61,938 nt of DNA from a bacterium. GTDB taxonomy: Bacteria > Patescibacteriota > Minisyncoccia > Phycocordibacterales > Phycocordibacteraceae. The stretch is from the NCBI GenBank assembly GCA_021802705.1, contig JAJZRL010000005.1, positions 1 through 61,938 on the forward strand, read 5' to 3'. Under the pieces are notes generated by a model, which saw nothing but the letters and a program-made list of their open reading frames with translations, had not been told where the DNA came from and did no database searches. The position numbers and the translations under genes are program-made. Shown here piece after piece: positions 1 through 9,855 of the stretch (its first letter is position 1; every line of letters begins with the position of its first letter).

Positions 1-3000
1 GCCTTGCGTAGGGAGAGGTGGTGCCGATGCCGACGTTCACTGCGTATGCTCCCGTGCCGCCGAGGATAAGAGAGTTGCTTGCGGTAACTTGGGAATTATA
101 TCCGATCGCGGTGGCGTTTGTGAGGGTCCCCGGAGTCGCCGTGGTGCCATTGGTGTACCCGGCGTTATAGCCGAGGAAGGTGTTGTATGAGCCGGTGGTG
201 TTTGAAAGACCGGCTTGGACACCAAGGGCGCTGTTGTTGGAGCCGGTGGTGTTTGCGGCGAGCGCGCCTTGGCCGAGGGCGCTGTTGTTGGAGCCGGTGG
301 TGTTTAAGTAGAGAGCGGCATCGGCTCCATCGCTTAAACCATCCCCTCCCCCAAACGCGCTGTTGAACGAACCACTGGTGTTGCTGAAGAGGGCGGTGTT
401 GCCGACGGCGGTGTTGACACCGGTTAATCCGTTATAAGAGCGGAGGGCGTTGCTGCCTATGGCGACGCTGCGAAGACCGATGGTGTTTGAGTAAAGAGCA
501 TTGAGGCCGATAGCGATGTTCTGGCCACCAGTGGTGTTCGAGTAGAGAGTGTTATTACCGACCCCGATGTTCTGGCCACCAGTGGTGTTTGCCTGTCCGA
601 CGTTCTTGCCGAGGAAGGTATTGGCAACACCGCTCGTGGTTGAGGTACCAACCCCGAAACCGAGGAAGGTGTTGAAGCCGGTTGAGGAGGCGGTGAGGAG
701 GGTCGTGCCGCCCTGTTGGTATCCCACCGAGGAAGTCGCATTGAAAGAGTCCGCAAGAGCCTGCCCGACGACGGAGAGCCTTGCGTAGGGAGAGGTGGTG
801 CCGATGCCGACGTTCACTGCGTATGCTCCCGTGCCGCCGAGGATAAGAGAGTTGCTTGCGGTAACTTGGGAATTATATCCGATCGCGGTGGCGTTTGTGA
901 GGGTGGCGGTCGTCGTCGAGAGGCCGTCGCCATAGCCGGCGTTGTATCCGAGGAAGGTGTTGAAGGAGCCCGTGGTGTTGGAGTAGCCGGCGTAGTAGCC
1001 GATTGCGGTTGAGGAGGCGCCGGTGGTGTTGTTGTAGAGGGCGACGTTGCCGACGGCGATGTTGGCGGAACCGGAATTGTTCCAAAGAGTGTTCTGACCG
1101 AAAGCGCTGTTGTTATTTCCCGTTGAGAATAGTGCGGCATTCATACCGACGACGGTGTTGTTATTACCCGTGGTGTTGAAGTAGAGGGCGTCCATACCGA
1201 CGGCGGTGTTGTATGAGCCGGTGGTGTTGCTGTAGAAGGAATTCATACCGAGGGCGGCGTTGTATGAGCCGGTGGTGTTCACTAGCCCTGCACCCCTGCC
1301 GACGAACGTGTTCTGAAGCGTCGAGGTGCCGGCTCGGAGCTCCAGGGAGTCGTTGCCGAGCGGGTCGCGCAGGACGAGGATGGGAGAGCTTGTGGCCGAG
1401 TTCGTGATGTCGAGGCGGGAGGAGGGAGAGGTGGTGCCAATACCGAGATTGCCGTTATCAAAGACAGAGAGAAGCGTGGTCGAAGCGCTGTTCGCGATCT
1501 CGAACGCCTTGGAGGTCGAGAGCGTGTCCCCTCCCCAGACGGTGAGCTTCGCATAGGGGGAGGAGGTGCCCACGCCGAGCCTGCCGGTCAAAGGCTGCGT
1601 GGTGAGGGTGGTGAGAGTGGTAGTCGCGGGGAGGTTCGCGAAGAGGAAGTTGCCGATGTTGAGCATGTTGCTCGAGGCAGAGGACGGGAACTTGATGTTG
1701 TACCCGAGGCCGATGTCGTTATAGCCGGTGGTGATGGCGGTGCCGCCCGTGTTCGCGTCGTGGCCGAGGAAGATGTTGTCGTATCCGGTGGTGATGTTGT
1801 ATCCAGCAAGGTAGCCGATGGCGGTGTTGTTGTTGCCGGTGGTGTTGTTGTATCCAGCAAGGTAGCCGAGGGCGATGTTGCTGGAGCCGGTGGTGTTGGA
1901 GTAGAGGGCACTGCCAATGGCGATGTTTTGAGAACCAGTTGAGTTTTGGAAGAGGGCCTGGCCGCCGATGGCGGTGTTGTTGTTGCCGGTGGTGACGTTG
2001 TATCCGGCTTGGTAGCCGATGGCGGTGTTTTCATAACCGGTAAAGACGCTGGTGCCGTTGTTCGAGTAGAGGGACTGGTAGCCGATGGCGGTGTTGCCGA
2101 AGTCGGCGGCAGTGTAGCCAGTGTTTGAATAAAGGGACTGATAACCGAGAGCGACATTGGAGTAGCCTTGGGTATTCGCCTGCCCCGCCTGGTAGCCGAT
2201 GTACGTGTTCTGAAGCGTCGAGGTGCCGGCTCGGAGCTCCAGGGAGTCGTTGCCGAGCGGGTCGCGCAGGACGAGGATGGGAGAGCTTGTGGCGGAGTTG
2301 GTGATGTCGAGGCGGGAGGAGGGGGAGACGGTGCCGATGCCCACGTCACGCGTCGAGGTCGCATAGGTGAAGCCGCCGTTGTCGACGGAAAGCGAGCCGG
2401 AGAACGTCGAGGTGGCGGTCGTCGAGGTGGCGGTGAAGTACGGAGCGGAAACGGCGTTCCCGGAAGAAACACCGGCGACCGAAAGCGAGCCGGCGGTAAG
2501 GACGCCGGCGATGGTAACATTCCCGCTTGTCGAAAGAGAGCCGGTGATGGTCGTCGTCGCGAGTGACGACGTGCCGCCCGTAAGCGAGGTAAAGGTGCCA
2601 TTCGTCGCCGAGATCGCGATGCCGTTTGTTATGTTCCCTTTGTCGAACGTCCCGCCTTCGAACGTGCCGTTGTTCACCGTGAGGTCGGAAAGGTTCTGGA
2701 TCATGTTCACCTGCTGGATCGTGGTGGCGTTCGTCGCCGTCTGCACGGCGACGGGTTGCACCATTCCGGCGACGGTCGCAAGGATGCTTGTGCGGAGCGC
2801 GGCGAGTGACTGGCTCAGGTAGTCTGCGGACACTCCGTTCATGACGGTCGTATAGGTCGGGTAACTCACGTTCGTAACGCGCTCGGGAGGAGCGATAACG
2901 GGAGCAGGGTTAGCGACCGGGGATGAAGGGAGCGGCTCCGCTGCCGCCGCTGCCGCCAGAGAGACGGTCGAGGTTGCAAAGGGCAAGACGGTCGGCGAAG

Positions 3001-3535
3001 TATTTGAGACGATGGCGACCTGCGGCGTCCCCAGAAGAGCGGCGGGTTGCGCGGGGAACGAACCGAGAGCGGACGCTCCCCCGGAGACAATCTCGCCGGT
3101 TGCCGAGACGAGACCGAGATATTGCCTGGAGACACCGTGAACGAACCCGACAAACTGGGAAGCGAGCGCGTACTCCTTAGAGAACACCGTTTGCGCGAGA
3201 GCGGGAGCGATGACGGCCGGCGCAGAGGCGAGACCCATGTAGAGCGAGGCGGCAAGCTGGGGAGCGTGAGCGGCGGCGATGATAAGCGAATCGCCAAGCG
3301 CGCCGACAGACGTCGTCACGGCGCGCGCAATCTCCGGAGCTCCGTTCGCGATGCCGTATGCGAACGCGACATCGGCATGTATCGCCGCATGGGGCATGCT
3401 CGCAACCGCCGCTCCCAAAGTGCTTGTTCCTCCCAGAGCTTGCGTCTCTGCGGCGTGCGCTGCCGGAGCATAAGAAACAATGGAAAAGATCGCTATCGGA
3501 AGTACGAAAAAGCGCGAGCGCAAAAAGCCAGCCAT
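1..3535 (-). CDS. Secreted repeat-rich fibre/adhesin-like surface protein; the 3' end runs off the window (at least 1178 codons)
   Basis: Absent from the ORF track because it is open to the window edge. The minus-strand frame with ATG at 3535 (alternative in-frame ATGs at 3568 and 3598) reads MAGFLRSRFFVLPIAIFSIVSYAPAAHA/AETQ, which looks like a signal peptide. It continues into long arrays of NTTGxxNxAxG-type repeats (NTTGSNNSALG, NTTGSYNTFLGYNAGY) punctuated by VGIGTTSPxxxL modules. The frame is still in register at nt 241-253. Every tracked ORF in 1-3535 is in another frame. Confidence 0.75.
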   Translation of the reverse strand, partial: MAGFLRSRFFVLPIAIFSIVSYAPAAHAAETQALGGTSTLGAAVASMPHAAIHADVAFAYGIANGAPEIARAVTTSVGALGDSLIIAAAHAPQLAASLYMGLASAPAVIAPALAQTVFSKEYALASQFVGFVHGVSRQYLGLVSATGEIVSGGASALGSFPAQPAALLGTPQVAIVSNTSPTVLPFATSTVSLAAAAAAEPLPSSPVANPAPVIAPPERVTNVSYPTYTTVMNGVSADYLSQSLAALRTSILATVAGMVQPVAVQTATNATTIQQVNMIQNLSDLTVNNGTFEGGTFDKGNITNGIAISATNGTFTSLTGGTSSLATTTITGSLSTSGNVTIAGVLTAGSLSVAGVSSGNAVSAPYFTATSTTATSTFSGSLSVDNGGFTYATSTRDVGIGTVSPSSRLDITNSATSSPILVLRDPLGNDSLELRAGTSTLQNTYIGYQAGQANTQGYSNVALGYQSLYSNTGYTAADFGNTAIGYQSLYSNNGTSVFTGYENTAIGYQAGYNVTTGNNNTAIGGQALFQNSTGSQNIAIGSALYSNTTGSSNIALGYLAGYNNTTGNNNTAIGYLAGYNITTGYDNIFLGHDANTGGTAITTGYNDIGLGYNIKFPSSASSNMLNIGNFLFANLPATTTLTTLTTQPLTGRLGVGTSSPYAKLTVWGGDTLSTSKAFEIANSASTTLLSVFDNGNLGIGTTSPSSRLDITNSATSSPILVLRDPLGNDSLELRAGTSTLQNTFVGRGAGLVNTTGSYNAALGMNSFYSNTTGSYNTAVGMDALYFNTTGNNNTVVGMNAALFSTGNNNSAFGQNTLWNNSGSANIAVGNVALYNNTTGASSTAIGYYAGYSNTTGSFNTFLGYNAGYGDGLSTTTATLTNATAIGYNSQVTASNSLILGGTGAYAVNVGIGTTSPYARLSVVGQALADSFNATSSVGYQQGGTTLLTASSTGFNTFLGFGVGTSTTSGVANTFLGKNVGQANTTGGQNIGVGNNTLYSNTTGGQNIAIGLNALYSNTIGLRSVAIGSNALRSYNGLTGVNTAVGNTALFSNTSGSFNSAFGGGDGLSDGADAALYLNTTGSNNSALGQGALAANTTGSNNSALGVQAGLSNTTGSYNTFLGYNAGYTNGTTATPGTLTNATAIGYNSQVTASNSLILGGTGAYAVNVGIGTTSPYAR

Positions 3536-3907
3536 TGACTTTGCATGTTTTTCAAAAAGCGAGTCCATAAACGCCGATTTAATTACATGATACGTCATGT
3601 TTCGCGCGTTTGATAAATTATTCTGGGGATAAACGAACGACTCCGCGACTTTGATTTTTCTAAGGACGTTTTTGCTAAAAGATTTCCGAATTCAAGCTCT
3701 GCAAAAACGAACGACCAGTACAGACCTCGGCGCAACGACTCATAATCGAATACGCTCGTAAGAGCACGGCATGATACTCCGGATTTCTAAAGTTGCCCTA
3801 TGGCACGCGCGCCAGCAATTTATCGTAAACCGACCGAGTTGCTTTTCTTAATTCACACAAAAAGAAACGTATATCGTGTAAACGAGACGAGAAAACCTTA
3901 TTTTACG

Positions 3908-4699
3908 CTATTTATCGTAAACAGTAATCCCAGCAAAAAACCCATATTGGCTACCCAATATCGCAAATGTATCAAGATATCCGCTGCCAAGCAGAACGAT
4001 TGAGATCGAGACGAGCATCGCAAAGAGGCTTATTATCCGCACTACCAAAAAAGATGCCCTCGGACTTCCCTTCGCCTTCGGCTGTCGTTCCTGCGCGAAG
4101 GGTTCGTATGCCTGCATGCGCGCCTCGATGCGCTCGATAGGCTCTTCAAGCGGAGACTGGTGTATGGCGCGGATAGGCACGTACGTCTCTCCTTCTTCGG
4201 CATCATTCGACTCTTCTTCATAGAGAGGTTCCTCCGCAGTCTGCTCTTCCGAAGAGTCAGAAGAGAGAGACGGAGGATTGCTACCGAACAACGTCTGCCA
4301 CGTGTCGTGGAGCGGCGGTTCCGCATCGCGCCTGTCATTTAAAACTTCCTTGTCTTTCCCTTCTTCATCCGGCACCTCCTTTCGATTTTGTTCCGGCTCT
4401 TGATGCGAATGGATACGAGGAAGGACATCGACCGAAACCGCTTCGTAGCGGGGAGCTTCCCATGTCGACCTTTGGTTAGGAGGCGTCTCTTTTTTTATTT
4501 CCGATGGCACGATCCCATGACTTCCGAAGCGATGGTCCTGGAGCGCCGACTCGAGAACGTACCAGCTCCGCCCGACAAGACGCGCGGGAACCCTTCCTTC
4601 GCGGCAGAGCTGGCCGACATAGTCTTTCGCGTATCCCGTTATCTTCGCGGCTCGTTTCGACGATACGTATTTCTTGTCTTCGATGAGAAGCTCGTCCAT
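3908..4699 (-). CDS. HTH (excisionase/MerR-like HTH_17) DNA-binding protein with a C-terminal membrane anchor
   Basis: 263 aa. The N-terminus KRAAKITGYAKDYVGQLCREGRVPARLVGRSWYV resembles the HTH_17 fold. The middle is acidic and low-complexity. The C-terminus has a hydrophobic helix, FLVVRIISLFAMLVSISIVLLG. TATACT lies 7 nt upstream of the ATG. Confidence 0.55.
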   Translation of the reverse strand: MDELLIEDKKYVSSKRAAKITGYAKDYVGQLCREGRVPARLVGRSWYVLESALQDHRFGSHGIVPSEIKKETPPNQRSTWEAPRYEAVSVDVLPRIHSHQEPEQNRKEVPDEEGKDKEVLNDRRDAEPPLHDTWQTLFGSNPPSLSSDSSEEQTAEEPLYEEESNDAEEGETYVPIRAIHQSPLEEPIERIEARMQAYEPFAQERQPKAKGSPRASFLVVRIISLFAMLVSISIVLLGSGYLDTFAILGSQYGFFAGITVYDK

Positions 4700-4771
4700 C
4701 CCTTTCAGTATACGGTTTTCTCGTCACGGAAAAAAGAGCCTCTCGCGCAACCGAGGTGCATAAGCCGCTCC

Positions 4772-6211
4772 TTAGTCGCCGCTTCGTTCGTTTGAGATTT
4801 CTTTCCGGATCAGCTCCTTCAGGAGCGTCGGGTTACCCGCCCCTTTCGTGGCTTTCATGCATTTGCCAAGGAGATACTGCAACGCCGCTTCCTTTCCCGA
4901 ACGATACTCTTCGGCTGCTTTCGTCTCCTCGGCAAGAACGCTTCTGACGGTTCCCGCGAGCGCATCGGTGTCGTGCACCTGGAGAAGGCCGTGCTTTTGC
5001 GCGATGTCTTTCGGGTCGCCACCCTCTTCGACAAGGAGCGCGAGGACATCTTTCGCGCCGCGCGAAGAGAGTTCCCCCGCGCTTGCCATGCGTATGAGCG
5101 AAGCGAATGCCGATGGAACGAGCGCGTCATACGACTCGGACTTCCGCTTTGCAAAGATGCCGGCGAGATCCGAAACGAGATAATTTGCCGCGAGCGGGAC
5201 AAGCGCGCCGTCCTCGTCGAGCGAGCGAGCGAGCGCGTCAAAGAACGCCGCGCGTTCGGGAGTCGCGCTCAGGTATGCCGCGTCGTTTTCCTTAAGCGCG
5301 TAGGCGCGGACGTAGCGCGCGCGGCGCTCCCACGGAAGCTCCGGCAAGGACGCGCGGATCGCTTCGGGAGAAAAGTCAGGAATCTCGGAAAGGAAGAGCT
5401 TGGGCAGATCCGGCTCCGGGAAATAGCGGTAGTCGGCGCTCCCCTCTTTGAAACGCTGATGGAAGGTCTCCTGCTTCGCCTCGTTCCATCCGCGCGTCTC
5501 TTGTACGACCTTCCCGCCCGCTTCGATGAGCGCGGTCTGCCGCGCCGCCTCAAACGCGATCGCGCGTTCGACGGAACGGAAGGAGTTGAGGTTTTTCACT
5601 TCCACTTTCGTGCCGAATTTCCCTTCCTCATTTGAGACGGAAATGTTCGCTTCGATGCGCATCTCGCCCTTCTCAAGATTCGCTTCGCCGGCGCCGAGCG
5701 TCCGCAAGAGAAGCTGCAGCTCGCGCGCGAAACGTCCGGCCGTCTCCGCGTCGCGGATGACCGGCTCGGTAACAAGCTCCATGAGCGGGATACCGGCGCG
5801 ATTGAAATCGACAAGGCTCTTCCCATGCGCGTGGATCGAGCGGGCGGTGTCCTCTTCGAGGTGCACGCGCGTTATGGAAACGCCGGCGAGCTCTCCTCCG
5901 GAGACGAGAGGGTGCGCGTACTGGCTTATCTGGTACCCTTTCGGGATATCTGGATAGAAATAGCTCTTCCGGTCGAATTCGCTGAAATCCGCGAGCGTGC
6001 CGCCCACTGCCGTACCGACCCTCAGGATATGACGCACGGCTTCCCTGTTGATGGTCGGCAGCGTGCCGGGGTGTGCCATGCAAATCGGACAGATATTCAC
6101 GTTCGAACGCGTCTCGTCCGGATCATTCGCCGAGCTACAGAACATCTTTGTCCTGGTTTTGAGCTCGGCATGTATCTCAAGGCCGATGGTCAGACGATAG
6201 AGCGCAGCCAT
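4772..6211 (-). CDS. gatB: Asp/Glu-tRNA(Asn/Gln) amidotransferase subunit B
   Basis: 479 aa. LTIGLEIHAELKTRTKMFCS, NICPICMAHPGTLP and the GatB/YqeY-like C-terminal domain are classic GatB. Confidence 0.95.
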   Translation of the reverse strand: MAALYRLTIGLEIHAELKTRTKMFCSSANDPDETRSNVNICPICMAHPGTLPTINREAVRHILRVGTAVGGTLADFSEFDRKSYFYPDIPKGYQISQYAHPLVSGGELAGVSITRVHLEEDTARSIHAHGKSLVDFNRAGIPLMELVTEPVIRDAETAGRFARELQLLLRTLGAGEANLEKGEMRIEANISVSNEEGKFGTKVEVKNLNSFRSVERAIAFEAARQTALIEAGGKVVQETRGWNEAKQETFHQRFKEGSADYRYFPEPDLPKLFLSEIPDFSPEAIRASLPELPWERRARYVRAYALKENDAAYLSATPERAAFFDALARSLDEDGALVPLAANYLVSDLAGIFAKRKSESYDALVPSAFASLIRMASAGELSSRGAKDVLALLVEEGGDPKDIAQKHGLLQVHDTDALAGTVRSVLAEETKAAEEYRSGKEAALQYLLGKCMKATKGAGNPTLLKELIRKEISNERSGD

Positions 6212-6275
6212 ATATATAGGTATAGCTTATAGTGTGGAGCGGAAAATGCCTAGCGAAACCCCATATTCCTCCTGC

Positions 6276-7247
6276 TTATGCCGCGAGAAGCTTTGAAAGA
6301 CGGTCAGAAAACGCTTTAAGCGCATCAGTATCCTTCACCGAGACAGAAAGTATCTCGCGTCCTGTCTCCCTCGCAAAGAGCTGCATCTTCAATTCCCGTT
6401 CCTCTCCGGAAATAAGATCCGTTTTCGACAGGACGATGACTTCCTTTTTCTTTGAAAGCCCGTGGTCAAAAGACTCAAGCTCTTTCCGAACCTCCTCATA
6501 CGCCGCAAGAGGGTCATCTTGGTCTGCCGAGACGAGATGCAGCAAGATTCCTGTACGTTCTATGTGCTTCAAGAACTTTATACCGAGACCTCGTCCGGAC
6601 GATGCGCCTTCTATGAGGCCCGGGATGTCGGCAAGGATGCGCCCGTTAAAATCTCCGAGGCTCGGCTCCAGGGTGGTGAAGGGATACGCGCCCACCTTCG
6701 ACTTCGCGCGCGTAAGCGCGTTCAGGAGCGACGACTTCCCTGCGTTCGGCAAGCCGATGAGCCCGGCGTCGGCGATGATCTTGAGGGTAAACTCGATGGT
6801 GCCGGCTTTCCCTTCTTTCCCCGATGTCTGCTGAAAAGGGTTCTGATTGGTCGAGCTCTTGAAGCGAGCGTTCCCTTTTCCGCCGATTCCGCCCTTGAAC
6901 ACGACGGTGGTCTCCCCTTCCTTGATGATCTCGTATTCATCGCCCGTCTCGACGACCCGCGCAAGCGTACCGACCGGAACCTTGAGAACGGCTGGTTCTC
7001 CGTTGTTGCCGTGCTTCAAGTTGTTTCCTCCGGCTTTCCCGTCTTCCGCATGGAACTTTTTCTCATACCGATAGTGCGCGAGCGCCGCCAAGTCGCGCAC
7101 CCCGAGGAGCACGACATCGCCGCCCTTGCCGCCGTCGCCGCCCGAGGGGCCTCCGTGCGCGTTCTGCTTCGTGCGCAGCCAGCGTATGACGCCGTCGCCG
7201 CCCTTGCCGGCTGCGGCATAGACTTTTTCTTCATCGACAAATGCCAT
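6276..7247 (-). CDS. obg: GTPase Obg
   Basis: 323 aa. Gly-rich Obg fold (GKGGDGVIRW...GGPSGGDGGKGGDV) followed by G1 GLPNAGKSS and G3 DIPG. Confidence 0.95.
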   Translation of the reverse strand: MAFVDEEKVYAAAGKGGDGVIRWLRTKQNAHGGPSGGDGGKGGDVVLLGVRDLAALAHYRYEKKFHAEDGKAGGNNLKHGNNGEPAVLKVPVGTLARVVETGDEYEIIKEGETTVVFKGGIGGKGNARFKSSTNQNPFQQTSGKEGKAGTIEFTLKIIADAGLIGLPNAGKSSLLNALTRAKSKVGAYPFTTLEPSLGDFNGRILADIPGLIEGASSGRGLGIKFLKHIERTGILLHLVSADQDDPLAAYEEVRKELESFDHGLSKKKEVIVLSKTDLISGEERELKMQLFARETGREILSVSVKDTDALKAFSDRLSKLLAA

Positions 7248-7254
7248 AACGACC

Positions 7255-9777
7255 CTAGCTCGGACTCACGATCTCCCACCCGTCTGAAAGGTACGGCTCC
7301 GCTTTCTTGAACTTGATCGTCCGGGTCTCGTCGCCTTTCTTCATGACGACAAAATCATTGCGCCCGTATTCGGCGCCATTCACGAGGGGTGCAGGGGCGC
7401 TGCCCTCTTCTTTGCCGGAGGCGATGAGCGCAGCGCGCGTCTTCTCTTCTTCGGCACGGATACGCGCCGCGTCGGCCGACACGAGGCGCGGCAACGCCTC
7501 AATGACCGCTGTCCGGATGCTCTCTTCAAGCTGCCGGAAACGCATGAGCGCCTCGCGCCGATACTCGATCAGAGGATTCCTCTGGCCGTACGCCCTCAGC
7601 GATACCGAATGACGTACGTAATCCATCGTCTCCAGATGCTCGAGCCAGAACATGTCGATGACTTGCAGGAGCAGGTGACGCGCGTGCCGCACGAACGCAT
7701 CCCCAAGCTCCGCCTTCTTCGCCTCAAAAGCGGCAAGCGAGGCTTCATCGCCTTCGAAAAAAGCCTTCGCGATACGCTCGACTTGTGCATCGTCTTCAAG
7801 GAGCGCGGCGCGGCGGCGCGCGTAAATAGCAAGGCGCTGCGTATTCATGACGTCGTCATAGGCGAGCACCTGCTTGCGCGAATCGAAGTTGAACCCTTCG
7901 ATACGTTCCTGCGCGGTCTCGAGGGACCGCGTGATCATCGAGCTCTCGATCGGCTCGTCCTCGGGGATGCCGAAGCGCCCCATCACCTTCTTGAGCGTCT
8001 CGGATGCGAAGACGCGCATGAGCTTGTCTTCCAGAGAAACGTAAAAACGGGTCTCGCCCGGGTCGCCCTGACGGCCCGAACGGCCGCGCAGCTGGTTGTC
8101 GATGCGTCGTGCGTCATGCCGCTCGGTCCCGACGACCGCGAGACCTCCTTTCTCCACGACCTCCGCGCGTTCGTCATCGCTTGCGAGCGCGCCGCCGAGC
8201 TTGATGTCGACGCCGCGACCGGCAAGGTTGGTCGCCACCGTCACCCTTCCCTTCTTCCCCGCTTCGGCGATAATCTCCCCTTCGCGTTCGTGGTTCTTCG
8301 CGTTCAACACTTCGTGCGGTATGCCGGCATCCTTGAGGTACGCGCTTACGACCTCGTTATCCTCGATGGAGACCGTACCGACGAGGACCGGCTGCCCTTT
8401 CGCGTGATACTCCTTTACCGCGCGCGCGACGGCGCGATACTTCCCTGTTGCTGTCTGGAAGATAAGGTCGTCGTAATCCTTGCGCTTCACCGGCTTGTTC
8501 GTCGGTACCACGACGACTTCGAGCTCATAGACGGTATAGAACTCCTCCTCGGAGGAAAGCGCGGTGCCGGTCATGCCGGCAAGCCGTTCGTACATACGGA
8601 AAAGGTTCTGGAAGGTAACGCTCGCATAGGTGCGCGCTTCTTCCTTCACCTTCACGCCTTCCTTCGCCTCGACTGCCTGATGCAAACCCTCCGACCAGCG
8701 GCGTCCCGGCTGCATCCTTCCCGTGAACTCGTCCACGATGACGATCTCGCCTTCGCGTACCACGTATTCCTTGTCCTTATGGAAAAGGGCTTGAGCGCGC
8801 ACGGCTGTCTCAAGGTGGTGCGCATACTTCACCCCGCCTTCGGTGTAGATGTTCTCGAGCCCGAGCGCGCTCTCCGCCTTGTGCATCCCCGCTTCGGTGA
8901 TCTGAACCGCCTTCCTCTTCTCGTCGACCGCATAGTCTTCCCCTTCGCGCATGCCGCGGACGATACCGGCGAACTGTTCATACAGCTTCCCGGAATCTCC
9001 GGCAGGTCCCGAGATGATGAGGGGGGTGCGCGCTTCGTCGATGAGGATCGAATCCACTTCGTCGATGATCGCGTACTGGTACGCGCGCTGCACGATCTGC
9101 GACGGATCGTACGCGGTGTTGTCGCGCAGGTAATCGAAACCGAGCTCGTTGTTCGTCACGTACGTGATGTCGGCGGCATACGCCTCTTTCTTCGTGACGG
9201 GACGCAGGTAATCGTAAAAGACCTTGAAAGAGCCTTCCGTGTCCCTCTCCGCATCCTCTTCTTTCGCGACATGCGACGGGTCGTACCGGTACGCTCCCGT
9301 CGACGTAACGATACCGACGGTAAGGCCGAGATAGTCGTACACCTGCCCCATCCACGCGCCGTCGCGCCGCGCGAGATAGTCGTTGACCGTGACGACCTGC
9401 ACGCCCTTTCCGGCAAGCGCGTGAAAGGTCGCAGGCAAGGTCGCAACGAGCGTCTTGCCTTCGCCGGTACGCATCTCGGCTATCTTCCCGCGAAGGAGCG
9501 CGAGACCGCCCACGAGCTGTACGTCGAAATGCGTCTGATGGAGAGTGCGGCGCGCGGCTTCCCGCACGAGCGCGAATACGAGCGGGATATCGGCTTCCGC
9601 CGGCGCTCCGGATGCGCTCGCGCGGCTCCGGACCTCTTCGAATATGTCCCGTATCTCTTTGTCAGACAGCTTCGCATAGTCGCCGGAAAGCTTGTTCGTC
9701 TCGGCAACGACAGGCGCCGCGGCCTTTAGGAAAGCCGCGGATTGGTTCTTCGAAAAGAAACGAGAAAGACTGATCAT
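7255..9777 (-). CDS. secA: Preprotein translocase ATPase SecA
   Basis: Motifs MRTGEGKTLVATLPA, TNNELGFDYLRDN, VDEFTGR and ATNLAGRGVDIKLGG. The track ORF opens at GTG 9786; the first ATG is at 9777. Confidence 0.95.
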   Translation of the reverse strand: MISLSRFFSKNQSAAFLKAAAPVVAETNKLSGDYAKLSDKEIRDIFEEVRSRASASGAPAEADIPLVFALVREAARRTLHQTHFDVQLVGGLALLRGKIAEMRTGEGKTLVATLPATFHALAGKGVQVVTVNDYLARRDGAWMGQVYDYLGLTVGIVTSTGAYRYDPSHVAKEEDAERDTEGSFKVFYDYLRPVTKKEAYAADITYVTNNELGFDYLRDNTAYDPSQIVQRAYQYAIIDEVDSILIDEARTPLIISGPAGDSGKLYEQFAGIVRGMREGEDYAVDEKRKAVQITEAGMHKAESALGLENIYTEGGVKYAHHLETAVRAQALFHKDKEYVVREGEIVIVDEFTGRMQPGRRWSEGLHQAVEAKEGVKVKEEARTYASVTFQNLFRMYERLAGMTGTALSSEEEFYTVYELEVVVVPTNKPVKRKDYDDLIFQTATGKYRAVARAVKEYHAKGQPVLVGTVSIEDNEVVSAYLKDAGIPHEVLNAKNHEREGEIIAEAGKKGRVTVATNLAGRGVDIKLGGALASDDERAEVVEKGGLAVVGTERHDARRIDNQLRGRSGRQGDPGETRFYVSLEDKLMRVFASETLKKVMGRFGIPEDEPIESSMITRSLETAQERIEGFNFDSRKQVLAYDDVMNTQRLAIYARRRAALLEDDAQVERIAKAFFEGDEASLAAFEAKKAELGDAFVRHARHLLLQVIDMFWLEHLETMDYVRHSVSLRAYGQRNPLIEYRREALMRFRQLEESIRTAVIEALPRLVSADAARIRAEEEKTRAALIASGKEEGSAPAPLVNGAEYGRNDFVVMKKGDETRTIKFKKAEPYLSDGWEIVSPS

Positions 9778-9816
9778 CTGACGCACTATACCACCGTACC
9801 CTCGTTTGAGCTAAAT

Positions 9817-9849
9817 GGAAAACGCCCCTCGTTTTGAGGGGCGTTTTCC
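9817..9849. terminator. Perfect 14-bp hairpin between the small basic ORF and secA
   Basis: ggaaaacgcccctc-gtttt-gaggggcgttttcc. On the minus strand it directly follows the stop of the 9856..9948 ORF; the trailing U-run is weak. Confidence 0.5.
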
Positions 9850-9855
9850 GAAAAA

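Noticed and set aside
37-3297. Tracked ORFs within 1-3535 (for example 1588-2601 minus 337 aa, 2866-3297, 814-1140)
   Set aside because: All are out of frame with the repeat-bearing frame that is open from 3535 to the edge. Their Pro/Ser/Thr/Arg-rich translations are frame-shifted readings of the Gly/Asn/Thr repeats.
4725-4771. A possible terminator after gatB (cctc...gagg followed by ctctttttt on the minus strand)
   Set aside because: Only a 4-bp stem can be drawn, so support is insufficient.
7609-9729. A 706-aa plus-strand ORF opposite secA, and similar long antisense ORFs (11943-13589, 15029-17338, 29504-30844, 30748-31698, 35808-36620, 38737-39615, 53972-54685 and others)
   Set aside because: They lie antisense to genes with unmistakable conserved motifs and have Arg/Gly/Asp/Glu-rich low-complexity translations. 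They are the expected stop-poor shadow frames of high-GC DNA.
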